Assembly: GCF_001939115.1 (NCBI RefSeq)
Contig: NZ_MQTZ01000045.1
Location: 162,006-185,375 of the forward strand
From: Leptolyngbya sp. 'hensonii'
GTDB lineage: Bacteria; Cyanobacteriota; Cyanobacteriia; GCF-001939115
Direction: 5' to 3'
Length of the DNA: 23,370 nt
How positions within the stretch are numbered: position 1 is the first letter of the stretch; every line of letters begins with the position of its first letter. Shown piece by piece: positions 8,158 through 17,773 of the stretch. Below the pieces are notes generated by a model. It did no database searches. It worked only from the letters and a program-made list of their open reading frames with translations, and was not told the origin of the DNA. The translations under genes were made by a program, and so were the position numbers.

Positions 8158-9893
8158 TTGGCGTCATTGTCACTAAATTGCTGGGCATAATACCGGGCAT
8201 AGCGATTTCCCTGGGCCAGTAACTCGGTATGGGTACCCGATTCGACCACCTGTCCCTGTTCAAGGACCAGAATTCGATCGGCCTTGCGGACGGTTGCTAA
8301 GCGATGGGCAATGATAAACACAGTCCGATCCTGCATCAACCGCTCCAGGGCCTCCTGTACCAGGGCCTCCGATTCCGAATCCAGGGCCGAAGTGGCTTCG
8401 TCCAAAATCAGGATGCGAGGATTAAGCAGGACAGCCCGGGCGATCGCAATCCGCTGACGTTGCCCCCCAGAAAGGTTCACACCCCGTTCTCCCACCCAGG
8501 TTTCGTAGCCATCGGGAAACTGGCTAATGAACTGATGGGCATTGGCAATTTTGGCGGCCTTCTCCACAGCCTGAAGTTCAAAGTAATCCTGACCAAAGGC
8601 AATATTCTGGGCGATCGTCCCAGAGAACAGGATTGTCTCCTGGGGAACGATGCCGATTTGCCGCCGCAGACTTTTCAACGTCACCTGCCGGACATCAATG
8701 CCATCCACCAGAACCTGACCGGATTGGGGATCATAGAAGCGGGGCAGGAGGTTGACCAGGGTCGTCTTACCGGCTCCAGATGCGCCGACCAGGGCAAGCA
8801 TTTCCCCTGGCAGGGCAATTAGATTCAGATCACGCAAAACCGGCTGGTCTGCATGATAAGCAAAACTGACATGACGATATTCAACCTTCCCTGTCACTGG
8901 CGGCAGGGTCACAGCATCAGGCTTTTCTACAATCGTGGGTTTGATTGCAAGAATCTCGAACACCCGGTCCATTGAGGCTTCCCCCTGCTTGAACTCGTTA
9001 TAGTTCGAGGTGACCGTGTTGATCGGGTCAATCAACATGGCCACAGCAGCGATGTAGCTGATGAACTCGGTTCCTGTCAGATTGTTCTGCGAGATCTGCC
9101 AGCCGCCCAGGCAAAACAGGAACACCACACTCATGGCATACAGAAAGCCAGAAATGGGCATCTGAATTGCTTTCAGCCATTCAGCCTGATATTTGGCCAG
9201 ACGGCTCCGCTCTGACTCTCGTTTAAAGCGCTTGATCTCATAATCCTCAGCAGCAAAGGCTTTAATCAGGCGAATGCCACTAAAGACCTCCGTTAACAGG
9301 GAGGACAGATCGGACACCCGGTTTTGACTATGGCGAGAAAAGACCAGTAACCGGGCCCCAAACCAGGTGATGAGCAGGGCCAGCAGGGGCGCAATCAGTA
9401 GGGTAGCCAGGGTCAGTTGCCAGTTCAGGAAGATCATGTAACCCAGCACAATGATCAACTGCAAACTGTTGGGGGTGAATTGCTGGAAGACTTTACCAAT
9501 GACTTCCCCAATCCGATCGACATCTTCGGTCAGCCGATAGGACAGATCCCCCGTCGCAGCCGTTTCAAAGTAGCTCAGGCTCAGCCGCAACAGATGGGTA
9601 TAGACCTGATTGCGCAAATCCAGGGCCATCTTCAAGGCTGCCTTTGCCATCCAGGCATCTTGTCCATACTGCAGCACAGCCCGAACCAAAAAAATGACGG
9701 CATAAAAACCAGCCATTCTAGCCAAACCCGCCAGGTTCCCCTGGCCTACATAGGTGGCCGTTTGAGACATGGATGCTGCCAGAACTGGCCAGGTGAGGTT
9801 ATAGGCCAGGGTGCAAAGCAGGGCCTGCCCGATCGTGAACCAGTGGGGCTTGATATAAGCCAGAAGTTGCCAGGAATTAGAGCGTGCTTTCAA
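8154..9893 (-). CDS. ABC exporter, fused permease/ATP-binding protein (ABCB/MsbA-like)
   Basis: 579 aa with an N-terminal 6-TM domain. Walker A GASGAGKTT, ABC signature LSGGQRQRIAIARA and Walker B ILILDEATSALD are present. The apparent start is TTG (MKARSNSWQLLAYIKPHW). Confidence 0.85.
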   Translation of the reverse strand: MKARSNSWQLLAYIKPHWFTIGQALLCTLAYNLTWPVLAASMSQTATYVGQGNLAGLARMAGFYAVIFLVRAVLQYGQDAWMAKAALKMALDLRNQVYTHLLRLSLSYFETAATGDLSYRLTEDVDRIGEVIGKVFQQFTPNSLQLIIVLGYMIFLNWQLTLATLLIAPLLALLITWFGARLLVFSRHSQNRVSDLSSLLTEVFSGIRLIKAFAAEDYEIKRFKRESERSRLAKYQAEWLKAIQMPISGFLYAMSVVFLFCLGGWQISQNNLTGTEFISYIAAVAMLIDPINTVTSNYNEFKQGEASMDRVFEILAIKPTIVEKPDAVTLPPVTGKVEYRHVSFAYHADQPVLRDLNLIALPGEMLALVGASGAGKTTLVNLLPRFYDPQSGQVLVDGIDVRQVTLKSLRRQIGIVPQETILFSGTIAQNIAFGQDYFELQAVEKAAKIANAHQFISQFPDGYETWVGERGVNLSGGQRQRIAIARAVLLNPRILILDEATSALDSESEALVQEALERLMQDRTVFIIAHRLATVRKADRILVLEQGQVVESGTHTELLAQGNRYARYYAQQFSDNDAK

Positions 9894-9969
9894 AGGAGAG
9901 AAACCAGAAAAATAGGCATTGCACTTCCAGAATAATCTCTAAGGAGCCCCAGGTGATGGTTGAAACATT

Positions 9970-10126
9970 GGCGTTGCTGAATAGAAGGATGATTTTCGTG
10001 CTTGAGCCTTATGCAGCCCTCACCCTAGCCCTCTCCCAAAGGAGAGGGAACAAGAGTTTTAGCTCCCTTCTCCTGCGGGAGAAGGGTTGGGGATGAGGGT
10101 AATTCATATTTGCATTCAGCAAAGCC
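9970..10126. mobile_element. 157-bp MITE, copy B (inverted relative to copy A). Flanked by an 8-bp direct repeat GAAACATT at 9962-9969 and 10127-10134.
   Basis: Reverse-complement match to 3165-3321. TIRs are GGCGTTGCTGAATAG ... CATTCAGCAAAGCC. Perfect 8-bp TSD. Confidence 0.65.
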
Positions 10127-10337
10127 GAAACATTTAGGTTCTGGTCGTGGTTTTACGCTTTCACCCCAGGCATCAGGACAGGGGCTCCGTCTTGATCCAA
10201 ATGGCTACGGCCTGAGATTAGTAAGTCAACCCGTTGAAACCTGCTACACCCCCCAGCCTGGGGATGTCCTCTCTATTACCTATCCGGATAAAATATTTCA
10301 GCGTTGTCTTAAAGATTGACTATCCACCATCCTGACT

Positions 10338-11381
10338 ATGGAGAATAGGTTTTTCCTACGTAACGTCTGGTACTACGCCATGCCAGGGCAACACCTCAAG
10401 CCCGGAGCCATGATTAGTAAAATGTTCCTGGGGGAACCAGTGCTACTGGCCCGCTGTAATACCGGTCAGATATTCGCCCTGCGAGATATTTGCCCCCACC
10501 GGGGCATTCCCCTATCCTGTGGACGGTTCGATGGGCAAGAGGTCGCGTGCTGCTATCATGGTTGGCGATTTGATGCCAGTGGTCACTGTACCTGCATCCC
10601 CTCTTTAGTCACAGGGCAGGAACTGGATGTCAGTCGGTTTACCGTCCGCCAATATCCAGTCCAGGAAGTTCAGGGCAATATCTGGATTTACATGGCTGAG
10701 CACGATCGTCCCGATCATGCGCCTGCGATCGAGGTGCCCACCATTCCCCACCTGGGGGATCAGACACCCCGGATGCTGGAAACGTCCCACTTCCCCTGCC
10801 ACATTGACCATGCCGTCATTGGCTTAATGGACCCGGCCCATGCTACTTTTGTGCATCAAGTCTGGTGGTGGCGCTCTAAGGGAGCCCTGTTTGAGAAAGC
10901 CAAGCAGTTTGATCCCGCTCCTTACGGCTTCCAGATGCGACGACACCGGCTGTTGAAAACTTCCTTCCTCTATCGCTTGTTGGGAAATGCGCCCGAAGTT
11001 GAAATTATTTTTCGCCTTCCGGGTATTCGGATTGAAACCGTGATGGGGGATCGCCATGCGGTTACCAACCTAACCACCGTAACCCCCATGTCAGAAGCGG
11101 AGACGGAAGTGACCTCAATGTTCTACTGGACCAATCCCTGGTTCTCCCTGATCCAGCCCCTGGTGCGCCCCCTGGTTCGGGCTTTCCTGGAACAGGATCG
11201 ATCAGTCGTGGCAAAACAACAGCTTGGCCTCCGCCACAACCCCGCTTTGATGTTGATTAAGGATGCTGATACCCAGGCTCGCTGGTACTTTCAGGTAAAA
11301 ACAGAATATGCCCGCGCGATCGCAGAACAGCGGGAGTTCATCAATCCAGTTAAGGAACAGGTCCTCCGCTGGCGCAGTTAA
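10338..11381 (+). CDS. Rieske [2Fe-2S] non-haem iron oxygenase (PAO/Tic55-like family)
   Basis: 347 aa with Rieske motif CPHRGIPLS...CCYHGWRF near the N-terminus. The downstream mononuclear-iron domain is typical of the pheophorbide a oxygenase-like group common in cyanobacteria. Confidence 0.7.
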   Translation: MENRFFLRNVWYYAMPGQHLKPGAMISKMFLGEPVLLARCNTGQIFALRDICPHRGIPLSCGRFDGQEVACCYHGWRFDASGHCTCIPSLVTGQELDVSRFTVRQYPVQEVQGNIWIYMAEHDRPDHAPAIEVPTIPHLGDQTPRMLETSHFPCHIDHAVIGLMDPAHATFVHQVWWWRSKGALFEKAKQFDPAPYGFQMRRHRLLKTSFLYRLLGNAPEVEIIFRLPGIRIETVMGDRHAVTNLTTVTPMSEAETEVTSMFYWTNPWFSLIQPLVRPLVRAFLEQDRSVVAKQQLGLRHNPALMLIKDADTQARWYFQVKTEYARAIAEQREFINPVKEQVLRWRS

Positions 11382-11460
11382 ATATTCGAAATTGGCCGGT
11401 TCCATGATTTTTCTGTTAACGTGCAAAATGGATTTATTTTTTCGGTTAGGCTCAATCTAA

Positions 11461-12780
<1,320 letters not shown>

Positions 12781-12913
12781 GTTCTCTCGTCTGTTCCCCC
12801 ATCCCACCCTCTCCCAGGACGTACTCTAAATCCCCTCCTGGGGGAGTGCCCCTTAGGGTCGGGGTGGGCATCACCCGTATCAGGACCAAAATCACCCTCT
12901 ATTAGTAGAGCCT

Positions 12914-13522
12914 ATGTCCGAGTGGATTGTGAACATGATGACCTCCCTGGGCTACCTGGGGATTGGCCTACTGATGTTTCTGGAGAATCTCTTCCCACCG
13001 ATTCCATCGGAGCTGATCATGCCCCTGGCCGGATTCACCGTACAACAGGGGAAGATGAATTTTGGCTATGCTGTCCTGGCTGGCATCATCGGGACCATGC
13101 TGGGGGCTTTTCCCTGGTATTACCTGGGAAAATTGTTGGGAGAAGCCAGGCTGCAGGCCCTGGCCGATCGGTATGGTCGGTGGCTGGGAATCTCAGGTCA
13201 TGACATCAGCAAAGTTTGCACCTGGTTTAATCGCTACGGCAATAGAGCTGTGTTCTTTGGGCGACTGGTCCCTGGTATTCGTACCCTGATTTCCATTCCA
13301 GCTGGCATCAGTGCTATGCCCATCATCCCCTTTGTCCTCTATTCCACGATCGGCACAACCCTCTGGGTGCTGCTGCTAACCGGGGCAGGTTATCTACTGG
13401 CAGAAAAATACACCCTGGTCGATGACTATCTGGGACCAGTCTCTAAGTTCGTCTTGCTGGCTCTGGTGCTTGGCTTTTTAATCTGGGTTGGGTTGCGTCA
13501 GTGGTCCAGACGGGCAAGCTGA
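12914..13522 (+). CDS. DedA/SNARE-associated (VTT-domain) family membrane protein
   Basis: 202 aa. The N-terminus YLGIGLLMFLENLFPPIPSELIMPLAGF and the GRLVPGIRTLISIPAG motif are characteristic of DedA proteins. Confidence 0.7.
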   Translation: MSEWIVNMMTSLGYLGIGLLMFLENLFPPIPSELIMPLAGFTVQQGKMNFGYAVLAGIIGTMLGAFPWYYLGKLLGEARLQALADRYGRWLGISGHDISKVCTWFNRYGNRAVFFGRLVPGIRTLISIPAGISAMPIIPFVLYSTIGTTLWVLLLTGAGYLLAEKYTLVDDYLGPVSKFVLLALVLGFLIWVGLRQWSRRAS

Positions 13523-14422
13523 CTCCACAGATTCCTCGGGGTCTAAAGGTCGCCAGATAGCATCAGCAACCCGACAAACCTCCTGCATTTCCCTGGCATC
13601 ATGAACACGCACCACATCAGCCCCGCCTGCGATCGCCGCACAGCAGGCTGCTGCAGTCCCCCAAACCCGTTTTCTGGGATTGGGCTGGTTGAGGATGTGG
13701 CCAATAAAGCTTTTGCGGGAGGCCCCCACCAGAATGGGGCAGCCCAACGAACGTAGATCGGGGAGTTGCCGCAGGATTTGTAAGTTCTGGTCATAGGTTT
13801 TGGCAAAACCAATACCAGGATCAATCATAATTTGGGCGCGGTCGATGCCCACAGCAACGGCAGCAGCGATCCGCTCCCCCAGAAAAGCACCAATCTCGCC
13901 CATCAGATCCGCATAGGTGGTCAACTGTTGCATCGTCTGAGGGGTGCCCCGCAGGTGCATCAAGACGATCGGCACCCGCAGGTCTGCCACTGTTGCAAAC
14001 ATCTCTGGATCCCCCATCCCACCAGACACATCATTCACCAGGTCTGCTCCAGCTTGAATGGCAGCTCTGGCCACAATGGCTCTGGTAGTGTCCACCGAAA
14101 TGGGTAAATCCAGTTCCTGACGTACCTGATGAATGACTGGAATGACCCGATCCAGCTCTTCTTCCAGGGAAATCTCGATCGCCTGGGGGCGAGTCGATTG
14201 TCCCCCGATGTCAAGGATGTCGGCCCCGGCTTGAGCCAGAGCATGAGCCTGGGCCAACGCGGTCTCAGGACGATCGAACTGTCCCCCATCACTGAAACTA
14301 TCCGGTGTGACATTCAGAACCCCCATAAGATAAGTGCGTTGTCCCCAAAGGAACGATCGCCCTCGGAGTTGCCAGGGCATGACTGTATTCAAAAGATCTG
14401 TCAGATCCGCACTTTCTGTCAT
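13478..14422 (-). CDS. folP: Dihydropteroate synthase
   Basis: 314 aa with pterin-binding motifs (GVLNVTPDSFSDGG, DILDIGGQSTRP, ISVDT, NDVSGG). An alternative ATG at 14380 gives MPWQLRG. The 3' end overlaps the DedA gene convergently by 45 bp. Confidence 0.85.
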   Translation of the reverse strand: MTESADLTDLLNTVMPWQLRGRSFLWGQRTYLMGVLNVTPDSFSDGGQFDRPETALAQAHALAQAGADILDIGGQSTRPQAIEISLEEELDRVIPVIHQVRQELDLPISVDTTRAIVARAAIQAGADLVNDVSGGMGDPEMFATVADLRVPIVLMHLRGTPQTMQQLTTYADLMGEIGAFLGERIAAAVAVGIDRAQIMIDPGIGFAKTYDQNLQILRQLPDLRSLGCPILVGASRKSFIGHILNQPNPRKRVWGTAAACCAAIAGGADVVRVHDAREMQEVCRVADAIWRPLDPEESVESACPSGPLTQPNPD

Positions 14423-14693
14423 AAATTGAAGTTTTGATGAACTTTCTAAACTTGATTAAAGGCTATTTATCGTAACAAATGACAACTATATTTCAAGTAA
14501 AAAGGTTACGGAAATATTAGGAGAAACACTCTCTGGAAGCAGGTTTTATCCCTGTCTTTCCCCCGATGGGATGACCAAGTGGGCTGTAAAATCCGTTGTC
14601 GATCAGAAAATATGATCTCAGTAATACGGATCTGCCAGCGCATGGATCGTAATACAAAGCAGGCCGAAAAGCAGGCGGAGGAAAAAAGCCATT

Positions 14694-16112
14694 ATGGTGC
14701 ATGTTAATCTCGAACGGGTCCTGGCCCGAAAAGATGTGCTGCGGGCAATAGCAGAGCTATCGAGAGGGCTGGATTTCGATCTGGGCCTTGCCGATGCAGA
14801 GGGTCAATCCCTCTGGGGCAGCAGGGCCACAACGATGGGTCAGTATCCGATCGAGCTGTCTGGAGAAGTGATTGGCTGGGTCATCGGACCTGAGAGAGCC
14901 GCTTGCATCCCCCCTCTGATTGCCTGTCTGGTGCGACAGGAAGCGGAAAAAGAAAAACTGCGCCAGACGCTACAGGATTTACAGCTCACCCAAGCCCAAC
15001 TGGTCCAGAGCGAAAAAATGTCCAGCCTGGGCCAACTGGTGGCAGGGATGGCCCATGAAATCAACAATCCAGTCAACTTTATCTACGGCAACCTGCGATT
15101 TGCGACGGATTATGTACAGGACTTGATGCAACTGTTGCAACATTATCAGGAGACAATTCCCATTGCCCCCCCTGAATTACAGGCAGAAATTGAATCGATC
15201 GACCTGCAGTTCCTGATGGAAGATCTGCCCAGTCTGCTTTCTTCGATGCGGGTGGGGGCAGACCGCATTCTGGATATTGTTCGCTCCTTAAAGAATTTCT
15301 CCCGCCATGATGAGGCCGATCGCAAAGTCGTTGACCTGCATGAGGGGCTCGATAGCACCTTGATGATTCTGCATAACCGGATCAAAGCCACTGGCGACCG
15401 GCCCGCCATTCAAGTGCTCCAAGAGTACGGCAACTTGCCCCCCATTGAGTGCTATCCCGGTCAGTTGAACCAGGTGTTCATGAATATCCTGAGCAATGCG
15501 ATCGATGCCCTGGAAGAGGTCCTCGTTACCAGCCCACAATCCTCAATCATCCGTGGTCGCTCCCAGGCTCCAGTACCGGCATCAGAAATCATACCCACCA
15601 TTACCATTCGCACTAAAGTGCTCAACCGCGAGTGGGTCAGTATTCAGATCATCGACAATGGTCCAGGCATGCCTGAAGATGTCCTGCAACGAATTTATGA
15701 CCCATTCTTTACCACTAAAGAGGTCGGTCAGGGCACGGGACTAGGAATGTCCATCAGCCACCAAATTGTGGTGGAGAAGCATGGGGGTGTGTTGAAGTGT
15801 CATTCGCAGGTTGGAGCCGGGACCGAATTTGAAATTCAGATTCCGGTTTGCCGCATCCCCACTGCGCCGGATCAATCTAGCCCTACCACTGGGGCGATCC
15901 AGAAACTACCGGATAATGCTGCGATCGTTCCCCCAATCTCCGGAGACACCCCTGCGCTACAACCGGCTGATCTTTTGGCCCGTCACAAACAACTGATCAA
16001 ACGCCTATCCCGATATAGCTCCAACGCAAGCAATATTCCACCTGAACGTCTTTATCAAATGTTTCAGTCCAACCCCATTCTGCTCAAGCTTTATCTGGCA
16101 CTGCTGAATTAA
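14694..16112 (+). CDS. Sensor histidine kinase (cytoplasmic, unknown N-terminal sensory domain)
   Basis: 472 aa with H-box HEINNPVNF, N-box NILSNAIDA, and G-boxes IDNGPGMPE and GQGTGLGMSISHQIV. No TM segments are evident. Confidence 0.85.
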   Translation: MVHVNLERVLARKDVLRAIAELSRGLDFDLGLADAEGQSLWGSRATTMGQYPIELSGEVIGWVIGPERAACIPPLIACLVRQEAEKEKLRQTLQDLQLTQAQLVQSEKMSSLGQLVAGMAHEINNPVNFIYGNLRFATDYVQDLMQLLQHYQETIPIAPPELQAEIESIDLQFLMEDLPSLLSSMRVGADRILDIVRSLKNFSRHDEADRKVVDLHEGLDSTLMILHNRIKATGDRPAIQVLQEYGNLPPIECYPGQLNQVFMNILSNAIDALEEVLVTSPQSSIIRGRSQAPVPASEIIPTITIRTKVLNREWVSIQIIDNGPGMPEDVLQRIYDPFFTTKEVGQGTGLGMSISHQIVVEKHGGVLKCHSQVGAGTEFEIQIPVCRIPTAPDQSSPTTGAIQKLPDNAAIVPPISGDTPALQPADLLARHKQLIKRLSRYSSNASNIPPERLYQMFQSNPILLKLYLALLN

Positions 16113-16155
16113 GAAAAATCGCCATTGCAGCATCCCTCAGCGTTCTTGGTTCAAG

Positions 16156-16626
16156 CTACTGACAGTGATCAAAAATCCACAGAACATCTTGCAGAAACGG
16201 TGGCGTGTTTTGTGTAATGCGGCCTCGCCGTTGGTAGTAATCATAGCTGCCCAATTCAGCGATTACGGCATACTTGGGTGACTCTGTTTCTTGCCCCAGA
16301 AAAAGTGGTGTAGCAGATTTTAAATTCTGATCAAAAAATGTAATCCACCAGCTCTTGCCCTGCTTTGCATTCTTGTTAACCTGATCCAAAAGTCTAATCG
16401 AGCCATAACCACTAGATTGAGTCACGAGAAATCGGTACAGTTGTCTCTGTTGAGGATGGTTGATGACAGCGGTTGCATGGTAAGGCGTATTGGGGGGTGG
16501 TGGACCAAAAACCAATTGAAATCCTTTGCCATCCCCATCTCGGTAAACGCTTTTCGCAATAGGGCAACCCTGGGTTTGGGCTGCTTTTGCCAAGGCTGGC
16601 ACCGACAGCACCACCATAGATAACAT
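16156..16626 (-). CDS. Secreted hypothetical protein (signal peptide MLSMVVLSVPALAKA)
   Basis: The track ORF runs from a GTG at 16653. The ATG at 16626 gives a canonical signal peptide. There is no recognisable domain. Confidence 0.4.
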   Translation of the reverse strand: MLSMVVLSVPALAKAAQTQGCPIAKSVYRDGDGKGFQLVFGPPPPNTPYHATAVINHPQQRQLYRFLVTQSSGYGSIRLLDQVNKNAKQGKSWWITFFDQNLKSATPLFLGQETESPKYAVIAELGSYDYYQRRGRITQNTPPFLQDVLWIFDHCQ

Positions 16627-16844
16627 AAAGCTGAAGCATGATGAGCGATTCACTCTTACCCCACTCCAAATCCTGTAGACTCCCGGGCACCAGGTGCGTG
16701 GAAACTTAGCCTGTGGTCCCCTTTAATATCCAAATTTAAACCGCATCCATCGCTCAATTCTAGTGATTTCAAGACACCCTCCTATTCTGCCGCTAACAGG
16801 CATTGTGCACCCAGATCGATTTCAGAGGTTAATCCACCGACTTC

Positions 16845-17133
16845 GGCGTTGCTGAATAGCGGGAGGAATCAAACAGGAATCGGAACATCCCAAAATCTCA
16901 AGTAGTGAAGTAGCCAACGAATTGAGTACCTCAGCATTTCTTCTGATTTGGAGTAGCACAATGTTTTGCGATGTAACCGAGCAAGATAGGGTCGCAAGCG
17001 GGTATTTTCACCTTCGACTCGTGTCATATAGGTTTCGCTCACAATCTGGTCGCCTGGTGGAATAAACCCCGGATAGACGCTCCAACCATCAGATCAAAGC
17101 TAACCCTAATTCATCCCTCCATTATGCAACGCC
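16845..17133. mobile_element. Decayed IS1-family element remnant sharing the MITE terminus GGCGTTGCTGAATAG, with a degenerate opposite end ...TTATGCAACGCC
   Basis: The left end at 16845-16859 is identical to the MITE TIR. The interior encodes an IS1 InsB-like transposase C-terminus on the minus strand. The right end at 17126-17133 is GCAACGCC, as at the MITE end. Flanking CCGACTTC (16837-16844) versus CGACTTC (17138-17144) is a possible imperfect TSD. Confidence 0.4.
16872..17093 (-). pseudogene. IS1-family transposase (InsB-like) C-terminal fragment with no N-terminus
   Basis: The minus-strand frame reads ...GFIPPGDQIVSETYMTRVEGENTRLRPYLARLHRKTLCYSKSEEMLRYSIRWLLHYLRFWDVPIPV*. The LARLxRKTLC(F/Y)SKSxEM motif matches the IS1 InsB C-terminus. 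The fragment is bounded upstream by an in-frame stop and lacks a start and the catalytic domain. Confidence 0.45.
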
Positions 17134-17146
17134 GTCTCGACTTCAC

Positions 17147-17773
17147 TTATTCCACCAGATGTTGATTTTCGGGATTAGTTGCAAGGCTCAGTAGAATATG
17201 GATTTGCTGTCGAAATTCAGCAACCAGGCTGCTATGAACATGTTGTTCAAATAGATCGGCAAGTGCCTGGTGTAGCCAGAGGTTATCCTTTTTGCTGGCA
17301 GCAAAGGCTGACCAGGCACTTTCGCCAGTTTGACGCAGGTTAGTAATCAGCGATCGCACATTGTGTAGCTTATCAGCCAGGATGACGCGCTGGGCTTCTG
17401 GCGAAGCATGGCGAATTTGGTTGAGATAGTCGAGCTTATGGCTTTTCCAGGGTTGGGAAGCAGAGCAGGGAGGAATCGTGCAATCATGAACGATCTCGGC
17501 AACTTGTGAACCATAGCGACGCAGAATTTCTGTGTAGATGGGCTCACCCCCCTGATCCTCAACAGCATCGTGGAGGAGGGCGGCGATCGCTTCATCCTCG
17601 CTGCCACCGTCTTCCAGTACCAGGGCGGCTACAGCCATGAGGTGACTGATGTAAGGTACGGCATTTACTTTACGGGATTGGTAGCGATGTAAGTGGAGGG
17701 CATAGGTAAAGGCATCAGCGAAGCGATCGCTCAAAATCACATCAAGGTGGATCTTTTCAGAAACGTGGGTCAT
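17147..17773 (-). CDS. Stand-alone RelA/SpoT-type HD-domain hydrolase (small alarmone hydrolase/Mesh1-like)
   Basis: 208 aa. HRYQSRKVNAVPYISHLMAVAALVLE...AIAALLHDAVEDQ matches the (p)ppGpp-hydrolase HD signature (H..Q.RK.GEPYI.HPL.VA.IL...AALLHDV.ED). The ATG overlaps the TGA of the upstream gene (ATGA at 17770-17773). Confidence 0.7.
   Translation of the reverse strand: MTHVSEKIHLDVILSDRFADAFTYALHLHRYQSRKVNAVPYISHLMAVAALVLEDGGSEDEAIAALLHDAVEDQGGEPIYTEILRRYGSQVAEIVHDCTIPPCSASQPWKSHKLDYLNQIRHASPEAQRVILADKLHNVRSLITNLRQTGESAWSAFAASKKDNLWLHQALADLFEQHVHSSLVAEFRQQIHILLSLATNPENQHLVE

Noticed and set aside
10110-10319. 69-aa ORF starting inside MITE copy B
   Set aside because: The start codon lies within the mobile element and the frame runs into the promoter region of the Rieske oxygenase gene. 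There is no support for coding.
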